Positions 23,803 through 34,106 of a DNA stretch of 64,000 nt are shown here, piece by piece. A model generated the notes under the pieces. The model was not told the origin of the DNA and made no database searches. It saw only the letters and a program-made list of their open reading frames with translations. A program made the translations under genes and the position numbers. The stretch comes from an uncultured Planctomycetaceae bacterium (GTDB taxonomy: Bacteria; Planctomycetota; Planctomycetia; Planctomycetales; Planctomycetaceae): assembly GCA_963813715.1 (NCBI GenBank), contig CAWFAK010000016.1, positions 32,001 to 96,000 on the forward strand. Direction: 5' to 3'. Numbering within the stretch: the first letter of the stretch is position 1; every line of letters starts with the position of its first letter.

Positions 23803-24965
23803 ATGGATCCCAAACGCGGTCATTTTGTCAGCCTGGGCGGTGCCATCGTCGGATTCGGCATCGTCATGGTGTATAGCGCTAGCATCACCTCCTGGCCGAC
23901 CGAATTCGAGCGGATTTACGTCTCGCGGCAGCTGGAGGCGCTGGCCCTCGGTGTCATCTTCGCCACGGTCTGCGGTTTGATGCCCGCGCGGTTCTGGCGT
24001 GCGGCCGCGCCCTATTTGTTGGCCCTGACAGTCGCGCTCCTGGCCGCGGTCCTCGTGCCGAAAATCGGCACCCGCGTGAATGGAGCCCGACGGTGGCTGC
24101 GTTACGGCGGCCTGCAGTTCCAACCCTCGGAACTGGCCAAGATCGCGCTCGTGCTCTATCTGAGTCGGCAGGCCGAGTTCTTCCACTCGCGGCGCCAGCA
24201 GGCCGCCGGAAATCTGGCCCTCGGCTGGAAACAACTGGCGGCACTCGTCGCTCCGATCGCCGTGACGGCTGGCCTGGTGCTGGCCGAGCCCGACTTGGGG
24301 ACCTGCGTCTTCTTGGTGCTGATCGGCGGAATGACCCTGTTCGTGGCCGGCTTGCCGACGCGCTATTTCCTGGCAGCCGGCGCCGCTGCGATCCCGGCGG
24401 CCGGACTGATGGCTCTGCTTCGTCCGTACCAGGTGCGGCGTCTGACCGATTTTCTCGCCGTCTGGTCGGACTGGTCTCAGGTCCCTTACCAGCTGGACCA
24501 ATCGCTCGTCTCGATGGGCAGCGGCGGGCTGCTCGGCGTTGGGCTGGGCAAGGGCTGGCAGAAACTAAGCTTTCTCCCCGAGGCGAATACCGACTTCGTC
24601 TTTGCTGTCGTCGGCGAAGAGCTGGGGCTCGTGGGCACGCTCGGGCTCACGATGCTGTTTGCTGCCCTGTATTGGGCCGGCTTACGCGCCCTGCGTGACG
24701 TGCGCAACAATCGCTTCGCCTCGACGGCCGGCTTCGTCCTGCTGACCCAACTGGTGTTGCAAGCGCTGGCCAACGCCGCCGTCGTGACGGCCCTGATTCC
24801 GCCGAAGGGCATTCCGCTGCCGCTGGTCAGTTACGGCGGCAGCGCGATGGTGACGAGCCTGGGCTGCCTGGGCATCATTTGCAGCCTCTCGCGCTCTGAC
24901 AGCGGCGCAAAGCAGATCGCTCCGCCGCGCCGGCCGGTCCGCCCGCGCAAATCGAAGCGGCATAG
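23803..24965 (+). CDS. ftsW: SEDS family peptidoglycan polymerase FtsW/RodA
   Basis: MVYSAS, NGARRW, FQPSELAK, EPDLGT, LPEANTDFVFAVVGEELG, LPLVSYGGS. True stop inferred at 24963-24965 (...QIEAA*) after a late frameshift. Confidence 0.85.
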
Positions 24966-24974
24966 ATCCCACGC

Positions 24975-25574
24975 TCAGCCGGTCGTCTGCTCGCGCGGAG
25001 CCGGCGTCTTTGCCGGCTGTCCGCTCTCGGCCTCGACGTACTGCCGAAATTCGGTCACTAACTCGTCCATGCGATCGCAGACTTGCGCCCAGCTGCCGAA
25101 GGGGAATGGTCCGTTACGCAACTGGGCGACCAAACGCCCGAAGCTCGCCACCAGCGACCGTCCTCGTTCGTCCACTTGCTCGGAAACGCGTTCAGGCGAT
25201 TGCTCCCGCGAGCTGCGGGCCGCAGTCGGCTCCGGTTGGTGCAGATCCTCGAATTGATCGACGAGGGCCTGATACAGCACCGACAGGCGGTTGGCCAACT
25301 CTTCGCTGCGCGAGATGTCGACGTCCTGCAGGCCGTGGCACCACTGCGACAGTTCAACCACTTCGGCAAACAGGGCATGCTCGGTAATGTCGGTCGATGC
25401 GGAGTCGGCGCCTGCGGAGTTGGAAGCCGAGCCCGACGGCATGCTTCTGGCCACATCGGCCACGGCGCGGACCATTGGCTGGCCGCAGCAATCGGGAGCC
25501 GGTCCGCCGTGCGGCTCGTAAGCCACGCGCCCGCAGGTCAAACAATGAAACAAATCCGCCTGTTGAACCGTCAT
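24975..25574 (-). CDS. Hypothetical protein: N-terminal CxxC-x15-CCG metal knuckle plus helical domain
   Basis: FHCLTCG...DCCGQPM. AGGAGG ribosome-binding site upstream. Confidence 0.65.
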   Translation of the reverse strand: MTVQQADLFHCLTCGRVAYEPHGGPAPDCCGQPMVRAVADVARSMPSGSASNSAGADSASTDITEHALFAEVVELSQWCHGLQDVDISRSEELANRLSVLYQALVDQFEDLHQPEPTAARSSREQSPERVSEQVDERGRSLVASFGRLVAQLRNGPFPFGSWAQVCDRMDELVTEFRQYVEAESGQPAKTPAPREQTTG

Positions 25575-25813
25575 GGAAAGCGCCTCCTTACGAGTTCAAC
25601 GCAAACCGTGCGCCGGGAGCGGATAATTACTCACTCGGTCACGAATCAATCCTGCAGATTATGTACCGCATGTTCCGGATTCAATCCCAGAATCGAGCCT
25701 GCAACTTTTGTTGAGCAGACTCACCCTGAGAATGCCGTGTACCAAAAAGAGCGGAGACCGCTGAGAGCGAAATGGCGCCGAGCGAAGCTGCCGAACGTCA
25801 AAAAACTGCCTGC

Positions 25814-25842
25814 TTGTCCGCGGTCTCGCCCATGGATAGGAT
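25814..25842 (+). promoter_or_regulatory. Sigma70-type promoter upstream of the 6S-like RNA
   Basis: TTGTCC-N17-TAGGAT. Confidence 0.55.
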
Positions 25843-25869
25843 GGGGGCGCAGTCCACTGGATCTGCAAA

Positions 25870-26060
25870 AACCTCTGCCCATGTTCGAATCAGGGACCAA
25901 TGTGTTGACCCTACAATAATGAACCAGGGAACCTCGCTGAGTTCCGGCCGCGTGTATTACCGAATTTAGCTTCGGCTCACACAACCCGGGACAGAGCTTC
26001 CCACGTTGCACTTACGGGTTCAAAAACACGTTCACCCCGGACGGCATTACGGCGGAGGTT
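25870..26060 (+). ncRNA. ssrS: 6S RNA
   Basis: ~190-nt rod. AACCTCTGCC pairs with GGCGGAGGTT and TGTGTTGACCC with GGGTTCAAAAACACG. Central bubble at 25912-25926 / 26003-26015, inner stem GGGAA/TTCCC, apical CCGAA/TTCGG, then a T-run. ATGTTCG, GGGTTCAA and CGGCAT also occur in E. coli 6S as I recall it. Confidence 0.82.
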
Positions 26061-26087
26061 TTTTTTCTTTAACGAGTTGACGCACGC

Positions 26088-27470
26088 TTGGGGCTCTTCG
26101 ACCGCCAGGAAGCCAAGAACTTAGAGCGGGCTCTGCCCCTGGCGGCCCGCATGCGGCCCCGGTCAATCGACGAGTTTGCCGGCCAGGAACATTTCCTGGG
26201 ACAGGGCAAGCTGCTGCGGCGGATGCTCGAAGCCGACCGAATCTCGTCGGCGATTTTCTATGGCCCGCCCGGAACCGGGAAGACGTCGCTCGCCCAGGTC
26301 ATCGCTCTGCAGACGCGACGGGATTTTTCGCCACTCAATGCGGCATCAGCCGGCGTCAAAGAGCTAAGGACCGCGCTCGACGAGGCCCGCGATCGACTGG
26401 CAGCGGACGGTCGCCGCACGATCCTGTTCGTCGACGAATTGCATCGCTTCAACCGCACCCAGCAGGAGGTCATGTTGCCGGACGTGGAGGCCGGCGTCGT
26501 GGCGCTGATCGGGGCGACGACCGCCAATCCGTTCTTCTCGCTGGTGTCACCCCTCGTCAGCCGCAGCCAGGTCTTCGAGTTTCAGGCATTGTCGAAAGCC
26601 GACGTGCGGCGTTTGCTCGAACGGGCTTTGACCGATCGCGAGCGAGGCTTGGGCTGCGAACCGGGCCGGGTTACGGACGATGCGCTCGATTTTCTGGCCG
26701 AGGTCTCCGACGGCGACGCCCGCCGGGCCCTCAACGCGCTCGAGGTGGCTGTGCTCTCGACGGCCGAGGGAAGTCGAACCGTCGACATGACCGTCGCTCA
26801 GGATTCGATTCAAAAGAAGGCCATCCAATACGACGCCACCGGCGACGAGCATTTCGACGCGGCCAGCGCATTCATCAAAAGCATGCGGGGCAGCGATCCC
26901 GATGCGGCCGTCTACTGGATGGCGCGGATGCTCGAGGCCGGCGAAGACCCGCGATTCGTCGCGCGACGGCTCGTCATCGCCGCGTCTGAAGACGTGGGCA
27001 ATGCCGACCCGATGGCGCTGGTCGTCGCCAACTCGGCCGCCCAGGCGACGGAGATGGTCGGCATGCCCGAGTGCCGCATCATCCTGTCGCAAGCGGTGAT
27101 TTACGTCGCGATGGCGCCCAAGTCGAACGCGTCGTACGTGGCCATTGATGCGGCGCTCACGGACGTGCGAGAGCGGCGGGTGTTGCCCGTGCCGACTCAC
27201 CTGCGCGACGCCAGCTATCGCGGGGCGAAACGGCTCGGGCACGGGCAAGGTTACCAGTACGCGCACGACGGCCCGGAGGGCTGGGTCGACCAGGACTACC
27301 TCGGCGTCAACCGCGAGTACTATCAGCCGACCGATCGCGGTCTCGAAGCCGAGTTGCGGCGTCGGCTCGAAGAGCTTCGCCAGCGGCGGTCCCCGCAGGG
27401 CGGGCAATCCCCGACGCCGGCCGAGGGATCCGGCAAGCAATCTGCCGCCGGCCCGCGACCCGCTGAGTGA
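26088..27470 (+). CDS. rarA: Replication-associated recombination protein A (MgsA)
   Basis: PLAARMRP, GPPGTGKT, FVDELHRFN, SAFIKSMRGSDPDAA, ASEDVGNADP. Confidence 0.95.
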   Translation: MGLFDRQEAKNLERALPLAARMRPRSIDEFAGQEHFLGQGKLLRRMLEADRISSAIFYGPPGTGKTSLAQVIALQTRRDFSPLNAASAGVKELRTALDEARDRLAADGRRTILFVDELHRFNRTQQEVMLPDVEAGVVALIGATTANPFFSLVSPLVSRSQVFEFQALSKADVRRLLERALTDRERGLGCEPGRVTDDALDFLAEVSDGDARRALNALEVAVLSTAEGSRTVDMTVAQDSIQKKAIQYDATGDEHFDAASAFIKSMRGSDPDAAVYWMARMLEAGEDPRFVARRLVIAASEDVGNADPMALVVANSAAQATEMVGMPECRIILSQAVIYVAMAPKSNASYVAIDAALTDVRERRVLPVPTHLRDASYRGAKRLGHGQGYQYAHDGPEGWVDQDYLGVNREYYQPTDRGLEAELRRRLEELRQRRSPQGGQSPTPAEGSGKQSAAGPRPAE

Positions 27471-27515
27471 TCCATCGCTGCCGCGCCGCCCTGCTTTTCG
27501 GTATGTTGGGCGGGC

Positions 27516-29153
27516 ATGAGCGCTTCATCCCTGGTCGGTCTTGGGCTCGACTTTGGCACGGAATCAGTCCGTGCCCTGCTCGTCGATCTGGAGGGCAACG
27601 AACACGGATCGGCCGTTGTCGACTACGCCCACGGACAGATCACGGAGCGGCTGCCGGCCACAGGCGAAGTGCTGCCGCCCGACTTTGCGCTGCAGCATCC
27701 GCTCGACTGGATCGACGCGGCGGCCGCTGCCGTGCGCAGTGCTTTGGCCTCGGGCAAAGTCGAACCGTCACGCATCTTGGGAATTGGCGTCGACTTTACG
27801 AGTTGCACGATGCTGCCGACGCTCGCCGACGGCACGCCCTTGTGTGTCGATCCGCGCTGGGCGTCCGAGAAATTCGCCTGGCCCAAGCTCTGGAAGCATC
27901 ACGGCGCCAAGTCTCAAACCGACCGCATCAATGCCGTTGCGCGGGAGCGCAAGGAAGGCTGGCTCGACCGCTACGGCGGCACGATCGGCTTGGAATGGTT
28001 CTTCCCGAAAATCCTCGAGACGCTCGAACATTCGCCCCAGGTCTACGACGCAACAGCCATCTGGCTCGAAGCCGGGGACTGGTTCGTGTGGCAACTCGTC
28101 GGAGGCGACGCGGCTCGTTTGCCGCGTTCGACCTGTCAGGCGGGTTACAAAGCGCTCTGGCACTCGCGCGACGGATTTCCATCGGCCGACTACTTCCGGG
28201 CCGTGCATCCGCGACTGGCCAATGTCGTCGCCGAAAAGATGCCCGGCCGCTTTCTCGCCCCAGGTGAGCAAGCGGGCCGGTTGACCCCGGTGATGGCCGA
28301 CCGTTTCCGATTGCCGGCTGGAATCCCTGTTAGCGCGGCCATCATCGATGCCCATGCCGGCGTCCCCGGCGCCGGAGCGGCGGAGCCCGGCACGCTGGTG
28401 ATGGTGCTCGGCACCAGCAGCTGCCACATGCTGAACGCGACGGTCGAGCGGCTCTTTCCGGGAGTTGCCGGAATTGTCGAAGGAGGCATCCTCCCTGGCT
28501 ATTTCGGCTATGAAACGGGGCAGGCGGCGGTCGGCGATGCCTTTGATTGGTTCCGGCGCCTCGTCAACGAACCGAACTTCGAGAGGCTGACGCAAGCGGC
28601 GATCAATCTGCCTCCCGGCGCCGACGGTGTCAAGTGTCTCGACTGGCTGAATGGCTGCCGTACGCCCCTGATGGATGGCTCACTGACCGGGGTTTTTTCA
28701 GGGCTCAGGCTGGGTCACTCGACCGGGCACCTGTATCGCGCGCTGATGGAAGCGTCGGCGTTCGGCCTGAATTGGATCGTCGATTTGCTGCGCCAGTTCG
28801 GCGTCCCGGTCGAACGATTCGTGGCGACCGGCGGTCTGCCGCACCACAATCCGCTACTTGTGCAGATCTACGCCGACGTGCTGGGCGAGCCGATCGCCGT
28901 CCATCCTTGCAAGCACGGGCCGGCGCTCGGAGCCGCCATTCTCGGGGTGCTCGCCGCTGGGCCCGAAGCGAGCGGATTTTCCGAATCGTCACAGGCCATC
29001 GCTGCGATGGCACAGCCCCGCGCGACACACGGCGAACGGGCCTTGCGAATTGTTGCGCCGAATCCCGACGCAACGAAGACGTACGCGTCCCTCTACCACC
29101 ACTATGTGGACCTCGCTGAATCGTTCGCTCCCAAACATTTCGTCACATCTTGA
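27516..29153 (+). CDS. araB: Ribulokinase (FGGY family)
   Basis: GLDFGTESVRA, GVDFTSCT, KLWKHH, IDAHA, GTSSCH, LDWLNGCRTP. Confidence 0.9.
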   Translation: MSASSLVGLGLDFGTESVRALLVDLEGNEHGSAVVDYAHGQITERLPATGEVLPPDFALQHPLDWIDAAAAAVRSALASGKVEPSRILGIGVDFTSCTMLPTLADGTPLCVDPRWASEKFAWPKLWKHHGAKSQTDRINAVARERKEGWLDRYGGTIGLEWFFPKILETLEHSPQVYDATAIWLEAGDWFVWQLVGGDAARLPRSTCQAGYKALWHSRDGFPSADYFRAVHPRLANVVAEKMPGRFLAPGEQAGRLTPVMADRFRLPAGIPVSAAIIDAHAGVPGAGAAEPGTLVMVLGTSSCHMLNATVERLFPGVAGIVEGGILPGYFGYETGQAAVGDAFDWFRRLVNEPNFERLTQAAINLPPGADGVKCLDWLNGCRTPLMDGSLTGVFSGLRLGHSTGHLYRALMEASAFGLNWIVDLLRQFGVPVERFVATGGLPHHNPLLVQIYADVLGEPIAVHPCKHGPALGAAILGVLAAGPEASGFSESSQAIAAMAQPRATHGERALRIVAPNPDATKTYASLYHHYVDLAESFAPKHFVTS

Positions 29154-29165
29154 TTCCAGGAAACC

Positions 29166-30851
29166 GTGATGACCACCGAGTCCGAATCCGCGCCATCGAA
29201 TGGAAAGCGGCGGAAGCCGAGCCGGCTTCCGAAAAAGCAGGTCTATCTCGTCGCCAGCGGCGACCTCCGCCTCTCGGCCAACCAGAAGTGCTGGCCCGCG
29301 CAGAAGGAAATGGAGGAAGCGCTGACCCGGGCTGTCGAGGCCGAGGGCTATCAGGTGGTGCGGGCCCATCCCTACTGCGAGAAGGCCGGGCATGGCTTTA
29401 TCGCCTCGCAGCGCGAAGGGATGCGCGTCTTTTCGCAGCTCGATCCGAAGGCGCCGCTCATCGTGGCGGAGGCCGTGTGGCAATACTCGCACCATGTTCT
29501 CGCGGGGTTGATCACGCATCGAGGGCCGATCCTGACCGTGGCCAATTGGTCGGGCACCTGGCCCGGGCTGGTCGGTATGCTGAACCTCAACGGCTCGCTC
29601 ACCAAGGCGGGAGTCGAGTATTCGACCCTTTGGAGCGAGGACTTCACCGACGAGTACTTCACGTCGCGGCTGCACGACTGGTTGCGCAAGGGGAAATGCA
29701 ATCACAAGACGCGGCACGTGGTTCCGCTCAAGAAAGTCAAACTCGGCGCGAAGGAGCGGCGGCTGGGCAAAGAGTTGGCCCGCGTCCTGCAGACCGACAA
29801 GGCCATTCTCGGCGTGTTCGACGAAGGCTGCATGGGCATGTTCAACGCCATCATTCCCGATCGGTTGCTCAATCAAACGGGTGTCTACAAGGAGCGACTG
29901 AGCCAATCGGCCCTGTTTTACGAGTCCGGCCGCGTCAGCGACACCGAGGCCAACGCCGTCCGAAAATGGATGGAAGACCGTGGGATGACGTTCCACACGG
30001 GCTCGCGGCATGACGAAGACCTCACCGACGACCAGATTCGCCAGCAATGCAAGATGTATATCGCCGCGGTGCGGCTGGCCGACGACTTCGGCTGCGACGG
30101 CATCGGCATCCAGTATCAGCAGGGCCTCAAGGACTTGATGCCGGCGAGCGATCTCGTCGAAGGCACGCTCAACAACGCCGAGCGTCCGCCGGTCAAGAGC
30201 CGTGACGGTTCGCGTGAACTCTTCGCCGGAGAGGCGATTCCGCACTTCAACGAAGTCGACGAGTGCGCGGGGCTCGACGCACTCATGACCAATCGCGTGC
30301 ACAAGGCCCTCGCGCAGCCAGTCGAAACGACGTTGCACGACCTGCGCTGGGGCGACGCCGACCGCTCCGGCACCGTGCCCGACTACGTGTGGGTCTTCCT
30401 CATCAGCGGGTCGGCGCCGCCGGCTCATTTTGGCGGCTGGGACCATGCCGACGGGCGTCGCCAGCCCGCCATGTATTTCCCCAACGGCGGCAGCACGCTC
30501 CGCGGCGTGTCGAAGCCGGGGGAAATCGTCTGGTCGCGAATTTTCGTGGAGGACGAGTCGCTCAAGATGGATCTGGGGCGGGCAAAAGTCGTCGAGCTGC
30601 CGCAGGAAGAGACCGAGCGGCGCTGGAACCTCACGACTGTCCAATGGCCCATCATGCATGCCGTCACCTACGGCGTCAGCCGCGACCAGATGATGGCCCG
30701 CCACAAGGCGAACCACATTCAGGTCGCCTACGCCAATAGCGCCGACGAAGCCGACCGTGCATTGAAAGCGAAAGCGGCGATGGCCGAGGAACTGGGAATG
30801 GAGGTCTGCCTCTGCGGCACCGACGCCGACGGCCGGTCGTGGGATAAGTGA
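29166..30851 (+). CDS. L-fucose/arabinose isomerase-like protein
   Basis: [44 protein letters not shown]. Directly downstream of araB. Confidence 0.7.
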   Translation: MMTTESESAPSNGKRRKPSRLPKKQVYLVASGDLRLSANQKCWPAQKEMEEALTRAVEAEGYQVVRAHPYCEKAGHGFIASQREGMRVFSQLDPKAPLIVAEAVWQYSHHVLAGLITHRGPILTVANWSGTWPGLVGMLNLNGSLTKAGVEYSTLWSEDFTDEYFTSRLHDWLRKGKCNHKTRHVVPLKKVKLGAKERRLGKELARVLQTDKAILGVFDEGCMGMFNAIIPDRLLNQTGVYKERLSQSALFYESGRVSDTEANAVRKWMEDRGMTFHTGSRHDEDLTDDQIRQQCKMYIAAVRLADDFGCDGIGIQYQQGLKDLMPASDLVEGTLNNAERPPVKSRDGSRELFAGEAIPHFNEVDECAGLDALMTNRVHKALAQPVETTLHDLRWGDADRSGTVPDYVWVFLISGSAPPAHFGGWDHADGRRQPAMYFPNGGSTLRGVSKPGEIVWSRIFVEDESLKMDLGRAKVVELPQEETERRWNLTTVQWPIMHAVTYGVSRDQMMARHKANHIQVAYANSADEADRALKAKAAMAEELGMEVCLCGTDADGRSWDK

Positions 30852-30951
30852 TTTCTTCGCGGGCTATCCGCGTGACGTCCTTTGCGGCGCCCCTGCAATT
30901 AGAAAGAGAGGCCGCCTTCGGGGGACGGCTTGCTTTCCTGCCGTGCGGCTC

Positions 30952-32310
30952 TCAAGAGACAGCCGCTCGCACGGCCGACATCGCCTCGCGACACAGGGTG
31001 ACGGCCCGCGATTCGTCGGGCACTTCGGCGATCACGCGGAGAATCGGCTCCGTGTTGCTGGCGCGGACCTGGACCCAGCGATCGGGCCAATCGAGGCGAA
31101 GGCCGTCGCCGTGGGTCGGCTTCGCGTCGGAGTATTTTTGCTCGAGCGCCCGGCAGGCCGCCTCGACGCGGTCAGCCGGACAAGTGAGTTTGTCTTTGAC
31201 GATCGAATAGCTGGGGAACGAATCGACCCAGTCGGCAAGCGTTCGGCGTTCGGGTGTCCCAGCGCCGGCGAGTCCGGCCAGAACGTACGCCATGCCGACC
31301 AGGCTATCGCGGACGTAGCCAACTTGCGGCTCGATCACGCCGCCATTTCCCTCGCCGCCCAGAACTGCGCGCATGTCGCGCATTTTGGCCACCACATTGG
31401 CCTCGCCGACGGCCGAGCGATAAAAGGGACTCTTGTGCCGCGCGGCGATGTCAGCGGAGACGCGGCTGGTGGAACCATTCACCACGAGCGGACCGGGCGT
31501 ACGCGCCAGCGCGTAGTCGGCACAGAGCGCCAGCGTCAATTCTTCGCCGATGTAGCGGCCGCGGTTGTCCACAATCGCCAGCCGATCAGCGTCCGGGTCT
31601 TGCGCGAAGCCGACGTCCGCTCCGCGACTTCGCACGGCGTCGCACAGGCCGCTGAGATTTTCTTTCAAGGGCTCGGCCGGGTGTTCGAACGCGCCGTCAG
31701 GCGTGCCGCCGAGCACGACCGCGTCGCAGCCCAGCGCTTCCAAGAGCTTTGGTCCCAGCACGCTGCCGGAGCCGTGATTGCAGTCGAGCACGACCTTGAG
31801 TCGTCGTTTCCGGATCGAATCGACGTCGACCAGCTCGAGCACCCGCGCCACGTGCGCGGTCCCGGCGTCCGGGCGATCCTCGGTGCGTCCCAGCGAATTC
31901 CAGCGCGCGAGTTCCAGTGAGTCCTGACTGAGCAAGGCCAACAGCGCTTTGCCGCGGGCTTCGTCGAAGACGGCGCCTTCGCTCGAGAACGGCTTGAGGC
32001 CGTTCCACTCGACCGGGTTGTGGCTGGCCGTGATTTCCACTCCGCCGGCAGCGCCAAAGTGGCGCACGAGGAAGCCGCAAGTGGGCGTGGCGGCGATGTC
32101 GACGTCGATCACGCGGCAGCCGACCGATTCCAGTCCGGCGAGCACGGCTCGCTTGAGCATCGGGCCCGTCGCGCGGCCGTCGCGACCGACGACGACCGTG
32201 CCGCGGTCGGCGAGAATCCCCAGGGCTTGGGCGAAGTGCACGACGTAATTGGGATCGAGGCCGTCTCCGACGATCCCCCGCAGGCCGGAGATACTCAAAA
32301 TTCGCTGCAT
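30952..32310 (-). CDS. glmM: Phosphohexomutase (phosphoglucosamine mutase / phosphomannomutase)
   Basis: ITASHNP, QDPDADR, GGEGNGG, VRASNTEP. Confidence 0.8.
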   Translation of the reverse strand: MQRILSISGLRGIVGDGLDPNYVVHFAQALGILADRGTVVVGRDGRATGPMLKRAVLAGLESVGCRVIDVDIAATPTCGFLVRHFGAAGGVEITASHNPVEWNGLKPFSSEGAVFDEARGKALLALLSQDSLELARWNSLGRTEDRPDAGTAHVARVLELVDVDSIRKRRLKVVLDCNHGSGSVLGPKLLEALGCDAVVLGGTPDGAFEHPAEPLKENLSGLCDAVRSRGADVGFAQDPDADRLAIVDNRGRYIGEELTLALCADYALARTPGPLVVNGSTSRVSADIAARHKSPFYRSAVGEANVVAKMRDMRAVLGGEGNGGVIEPQVGYVRDSLVGMAYVLAGLAGAGTPERRTLADWVDSFPSYSIVKDKLTCPADRVEAACRALEQKYSDAKPTHGDGLRLDWPDRWVQVRASNTEPILRVIAEVPDESRAVTLCREAMSAVRAAVS

Positions 32311-32361
32311 GCCGCTACTCCCGCGTCTTCGCGCTCTGCCGGGGCGATTCTAGGCCAAGCC

Positions 32362-33078
32362 TCAACGGCTCCGCCATTCGCAGGCCTCCTCGTAGCAGCG
32401 GGTCATGGCATCGCGGACCATCTCCAGGAGTGCCTCTTCCGAACCGTGTCCGCTGACTTGCGCCAGCTTTTCAGGCGAGAGGGGCGGTCCGAAGACGAGC
32501 CGGCAGGTTTTCGGCTGCACGAACCAGGCTCCGCGGGGGAAGGCTGCGCCCGTTCCGGCCAGAGCGGCGGGGATCACTGGCACCTTCGCCCGGCGCACCA
32601 AGGCGATAAAGCCCGGCTTAAGCGGCCCGATGCGTCCGTCCTGACTGCGCGTTCCCTCAGGGAAGACGCCGATCATGTGTCCCTTCCGGAGCTCAGCGGT
32701 GGCCTGCCGAATCGAGGCCGTGCTGGCCGCATCGCGATTGAGGGGGATCGTGCACAGCTTGTCGAACACAAACCGGATAATCGGGCCTCGATACAGGGTC
32801 GTCCGCGCGAGAAAGCGAACGGGCCGTTTGAGCCAAAGGCCGACCATCACCGGATCGAGAAAGCTCTGGTGATTCGCCACGATCAGGGCGGGTCCCGTTT
32901 TGGGGACGTTCTCGATGCCGCGCACGCGGTAACGAAAATAGAGTGGAGCAATCAGAGCGACGCTCGTTTGGAGGAACCAATAAACGCGGTTCCGCGGATC
33001 CGGCTCGTAGGACGGTGATCGGTCGTCTGTCGCGGGTGCGCCGACGGGGGACTGGCGGTTGGCTTCGGCTCCGGCCAT
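32362..33078 (-). CDS. plsC: 1-acyl-sn-glycerol-3-phosphate acyltransferase
   Basis: ANHQSFLD, VFPEGTRS. Confidence 0.85.
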   Translation of the reverse strand: MAGAEANRQSPVGAPATDDRSPSYEPDPRNRVYWFLQTSVALIAPLYFRYRVRGIENVPKTGPALIVANHQSFLDPVMVGLWLKRPVRFLARTTLYRGPIIRFVFDKLCTIPLNRDAASTASIRQATAELRKGHMIGVFPEGTRSQDGRIGPLKPGFIALVRRAKVPVIPAALAGTGAAFPRGAWFVQPKTCRLVFGPPLSPEKLAQVSGHGSEEALLEMVRDAMTRCYEEACEWRSR

Positions 33079-33176
33079 CGGCACGCAAAACACACGAAAA
33101 AGAACGGAAGACAGGCCCATGCCAAGGGTGCGTCACTCAAGCGGTCGGTACACATGCGCCGAATCCGCCGGACACA

Positions 33177-33686
33177 TTACGCGGACGGCGGATGATGAGT
33201 TTGCGTGTCACCGTCCGCCTCGGCCGCCGTAAAGTCGGGGACCAGCGGCGCCGGCTCCGGCACGGGAGCTTCCGGAGTTGTTTCGGGAGCCGAGCTGGCG
33301 GCCTGCACCGTATCCCCCTCGAAGAACGCGGTCCCATGAAGGGCGGAAGGCATCGCGGCCGGTTCGCCCGGAGCAACCGGCACGTGCTCGGGCGTCAGGT
33401 CAATTTGCCCAATCATCTCGCCGATGGAGATCGTGTCGTCGTGCAGCAGAATCGTTTCGCCCGAACCGACCCGCCGGCCATTCACGAAGGTGCCATTCTT
33501 GCTGCCGAGATCCCGAATGCGAAGCGTGTAGTCGTCCAGGAGCAGCACACAGTGGTGCCGACTGACGAACTCGCTTTCGGGCCGCAGATGGCAATCCTCC
33601 TCGCGGCCGATCAGCAGTTTCCCGCGCCGAATCGGAATCGTTTCACCGGCATGAGGACCGCTGAGTACTCTCAATCTGGCGTCCAT
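33177..33686 (-). CDS. FHA domain protein with acidic/Pro-rich tail
   Basis: LIGREEDC, VSRHHC, DLGSKNGTFVNG. Confidence 0.9.
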   Translation of the reverse strand: MDARLRVLSGPHAGETIPIRRGKLLIGREEDCHLRPESEFVSRHHCVLLLDDYTLRIRDLGSKNGTFVNGRRVGSGETILLHDDTISIGEMIGQIDLTPEHVPVAPGEPAAMPSALHGTAFFEGDTVQAASSAPETTPEAPVPEPAPLVPDFTAAEADGDTQTHHPPSA

Positions 33687-34106
33687 GAAGCAGCACCCTT
33701 TGGCAAGAACGACACCAGAACCGGGCTCATCGGGTAAATTCGGTCGAAGCAGCGAGGATGTGATGGCCCCTCACGCTGCAAACCGGTCAGGCAGGCGATG
33801 AGCGAACTTCGGTAGCTTACACGTGGATGCAGATCGACCACAATCATCTATTCAGAAAAATTTGGGGAAAATTGATCGACTGCCACAGTTGTTCCCTTTT
33901 CAGGCTGGTGCCCGCATGCGTATGGCGGCGACCTCGGTCCACTGCGATTGCGGTGCCGGCAATGGTGAGACGCCGATGGCGGAATTGCCGTCGCGCCTTA
34001 TGCGGGTTTCTGCTAACGGCGGCACGACTCCCACGCCGCCAGTCCGGCCAATATCTATCCGCTTCCTCACAGGCATAGCGGTTCGCGACAAATCGCGGCC
34101 GAGAAA

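Noticed and set aside
24966..25257. FtsW C-terminal extension overlapping the opposite-strand gene
   Set aside because: An alternative frame ends ...QIEAA* at 24965, just before the convergent stop, so the extension is probably an indel artefact.
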